The notes under the pieces are model-generated. The model searched no databases and was not told where the DNA came from. It was given only the letters and a program-made list of their open reading frames with translations. Source: Hamiltosporidium tvaerminnensis FI-OER-3-3 (lineage: Eukaryota; Fungi; Microsporidia). From it: 64,000 nucleotides of DNA. Shown here piece after piece: positions 61,147-64,000 of this stretch (the first letter of the stretch is position 1; each line of letters opens with the position of its first letter). The DNA lies in assembly GCA_022605425.2 (NCBI GenBank), contig CM061246.1, positions 248,001 through 312,000 on the forward strand. Direction: 5' to 3'. Made by a program: the position numbers and the translations under genes.

Positions 61147-61989
61147 ATGAATAAAAAACTTTACAAATCAAAAAATAAAAAACATTATCAGGATAGCCGA
61201 TTAACATCATATTTAAAAGAATCAAAAGAATATTTTAAAGAATCTAAAAACAATACCATTTATAGTGATATAATTAGATTTTCATTTTGTATTTCATATG
61301 CGTTTATTTTCTATGCAGTTTTCATAAAAATACAATCTTTAGAATTTTTAGAAAATTTTATAAAAATTTTGTATCTTTTTACTTTGATTTTAAGTTATCT
61401 TATATCTAAATGTACCACACACAAAGAAACTGTTCGCCTTTTATCTATAACACTACTATCTATTTATGTTTTATCTCCTTTATTACAAAAACTTACACCA
61501 GAAATAAGTACAGACACAATATATTTAAATTATATAATTTCCATGTTTATAAATTGTATAGATACTGTTAGATATGCAATATTGAGTAGTGAAATACAAG
61601 TAGACAGATTTAAAATAAATAAAAATGTTCCTTTGAAATTAGAAGAAACTATTCATATCAAAAGCAAGAAGAGACCCGTAAATGTAATAGGCGCAAACAC
61701 AGCAACATATGGTTCTATACTACTTTGTTCCCGACTTAAAAATATTTATCAAGTTAATTTTTTATTGACATTTAGTTTTTTCTGGTTTGTTTTGTCTATG
61801 AATCTAAGAGAAAGATACCTCTTTCATAAAAAATATATTCTCATTATATTATTCCATACTGTTACATCAGTTATATTTTTTTTGATCAGTATGGAACTTT
61901 TATATATTTTTATTGCACTCCAAATATTCGTTAGTCTATCTGCATTTACTACTGTTTATATATTAAATAAAAACATAAGAGAAGATTAG
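61147..61989 (+). CDS. GPI2: GPI-GlcNAc transferase subunit Gpi2/PIG-C
   Basis: LSPLLQKLTPEISTDTIY and NTATYGSILLCSRL signatures; multiple TM segments. Confidence 0.85.
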   Translation: MNKKLYKSKNKKHYQDSRLTSYLKESKEYFKESKNNTIYSDIIRFSFCISYAFIFYAVFIKIQSLEFLENFIKILYLFTLILSYLISKCTTHKETVRLLSITLLSIYVLSPLLQKLTPEISTDTIYLNYIISMFINCIDTVRYAILSSEIQVDRFKINKNVPLKLEETIHIKSKKRPVNVIGANTATYGSILLCSRLKNIYQVNFLLTFSFFWFVLSMNLRERYLFHKKYILIILFHTVTSVIFFLISMELLYIFIALQIFVSLSAFTTVYILNKNIRED

Positions 61990-62661
61990 CGTTACTTTAA
62001 TTTATGTAATAAACAATCCTTTACCATTAAATTTTGTATTCAAGTGGTTAAATTTTCGCTTATAAATGTTAATAAAATTGTCTTTAACCAAGTAATTACT
62101 AAGTATATATGTTAAAAATACGAACCAAGGATATAAATCAATATCTAAAAATTAAAGAAAATTTAGGTAGAAAATAATAAATATGACAATGATAATTGTC
62201 AATATTCATAATCGATATATCTATATTTGTGGTTTTAGATAAAAAGAAAAAGAATTTATTAGGGTTTAATAGAATTGCATCAAAACCATTAAATTATGCG
62301 TTTAGTGAATTTTGTTTCTGACTAAATTTCTTTTTACCGCCTTTTCGTCATTTTTTATATAACGAATTCCAGTTTAAAAACACTTGTACAACCTTATTTA
62401 CGGTTGTAGGATTTATAATCAGGGGTTATCTGTTTGCAGCTTTATTTACCTTTCATCTTGTTATATAATGGTATAAATATGAAATTAAGAGATACGCTAT
62501 TTTAGTGTATATTTAGCTTTTTATAATATTTCTATATGCTCTTTACAAGTCTCACCAGCATTTTTGTACTATATGAAAGTTTCGTTATTCCATCGAAATT
62601 TCCGTTTTTCCTGTATTCTGAGAATTATAGTTTAATAATATACCTATATGCTTAGTAATTG

Positions 62662-63391
62662 GTAGAGGACAGATAACCATACAAAAAACCTTCTGCTTGG
62701 CAATGAGTATGTGAAACAGGTGTAAAGCTCATTGTTTGTATTTTTAGTGGGAATAAAAACACATTATATTTTCGGTTGTTTCAATGGAGTTTTATGAGAA
62801 GGAGAAGTCTACGAAACGACGAAACTTTTCTACAAATCCTTTTTTGTAGTTTTTTATGTAACTAGATTAGATTGCAGACCGCTGTTGAACATGTAGATAA
62901 TTGCCATGGAAATTTCGGAAACCTTGCCTTGCTCATTCGGGCTAGAAGACTTAGAGCCTGTGAGATATAAAAAATAAAACCATTAAAACGGGAAAGCTAA
63001 GGCGGATGTTATGCTTGTTGGTATGATAATTTATAGTATAGTTGGATCTTATGTAAATCTTCGAGATAATCTTAGCTAGATTTTAATTGGGTTCGGGAAG
63101 TGTAGAGTAAGTGGTAATGCTGCATAGTCTTGGGGAAGCCCATAGTAGGCTTCGATCTTTGACTACAGTCTACACAAAAGATGTTAACGATTTCCGAGCG
63201 ACTTGGTGGATCTGTAACTCTGTTCTACATACTTTTTAGATAATAGGCAAGGAGATGTAGGTATTTTAGGAGGTACTGATAAGTATTGGGGTAGCAGTTG
63301 TTTATGTTAAACCTAGAAATGTATTAATGTCATTAAAACAAATAAAAACTTGAAACTGTTCTAAAAAAATATGTGATTTTTTTAAATAAAG
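62662..63391 (+). mobile_element. Long non-coding SINE-like retroelement, family L, copy D
   Basis: Colinear with copy B from GTAGAGG to TAAATAAAG. Degenerate TSD TGCTTAGTAAT (62649-62659) / TGTTTACTAAT (63394-63404). Confidence 0.8.
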
Positions 63392-64000
63392 TTTGTTTAC
63401 TAATATTTGGAAAAGTATAGAGTAAATTCTATAATATTTGGTAATAATACAAACTACACAGCAAAAGAAAAATTTCATTCCTAGAATTCAGAACAGGACT
63501 AAAAAATAGGTCAATTGGTCTTACCTTTTTAATTTTTTCATCGCCACAATCAGTTATAACATATGAGAATAAAAAAACATGTATCTTACACAAAATTATT
63601 TATTTTTAATTAAACTCTAGAATTACATCTTTTAGAGAACTTTTAAAATATTATTAAATATGTATAGCTAATTTTTATTGCTATATGTTTTTTCGCTTCC
63701 TGAATTTCGTAAAATCAGAAATAATGTGATTTGCGCGAATAAATATTTCTGGATTGATTTTCAAATTTTTTGATAATTGTTTATTAGTCAATTTGTAAAA
63801 ATTAAAATTTAAAATGTAGTACGTTTCTCTGTATCGTTTATATTGTATGAAGAATAGAGACTGGCATCCGTAAATTTTTAATTTTTTTAAAAAAATATCA
63901 GAGAAAATGTGGGATCATTGGCTCTATAAATCCTATCGAAATCAAGTTGTATTTCAAGACCAAGATTCGTAGATCTTAAGTTTTTTTTACTCCGAATAAG

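Overview
Very AT-rich eukaryotic DNA with short, apparently intronless, divergent genes, most preceded by a CCC (one GGG) motif just upstream of the ATG. This fits a large, gene-sparse microsporidian genome (inference; no taxonomic search run). About 14 protein genes are supported: a class III cyclase-domain protein, PWP1, DRG2/RBG2, RPN8, EAF7, PCC1-like, SEC6, UBA4, ELP6-like, a bacterial-type cytidylate kinase, an amino-acid transporter, a p24 protein, GPI2, plus two interrupted genes (zinc-finger/beta-rich and SMP-domain). There is also an intron-containing tRNA-Ile(UAU). The intergenic DNA holds decayed Tc1 and Ty3/gypsy remnants. The most interesting signal is a modular non-LTR retroelement system with four parts: (i) four ~710-730 nt non-coding elements, three with 14-bp-scale target-site duplications; (ii) three shorter elements with the same ~105-nt structured, non-tRNA 5' head but ending in the 3' end of an RTE-clade LINE; (iii) the matching RTE LINE 3' fragment; (iv) a separate, young 244-nt RTE-type SINE with a perfect 13-bp TSD. 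All alignments were made by eye.
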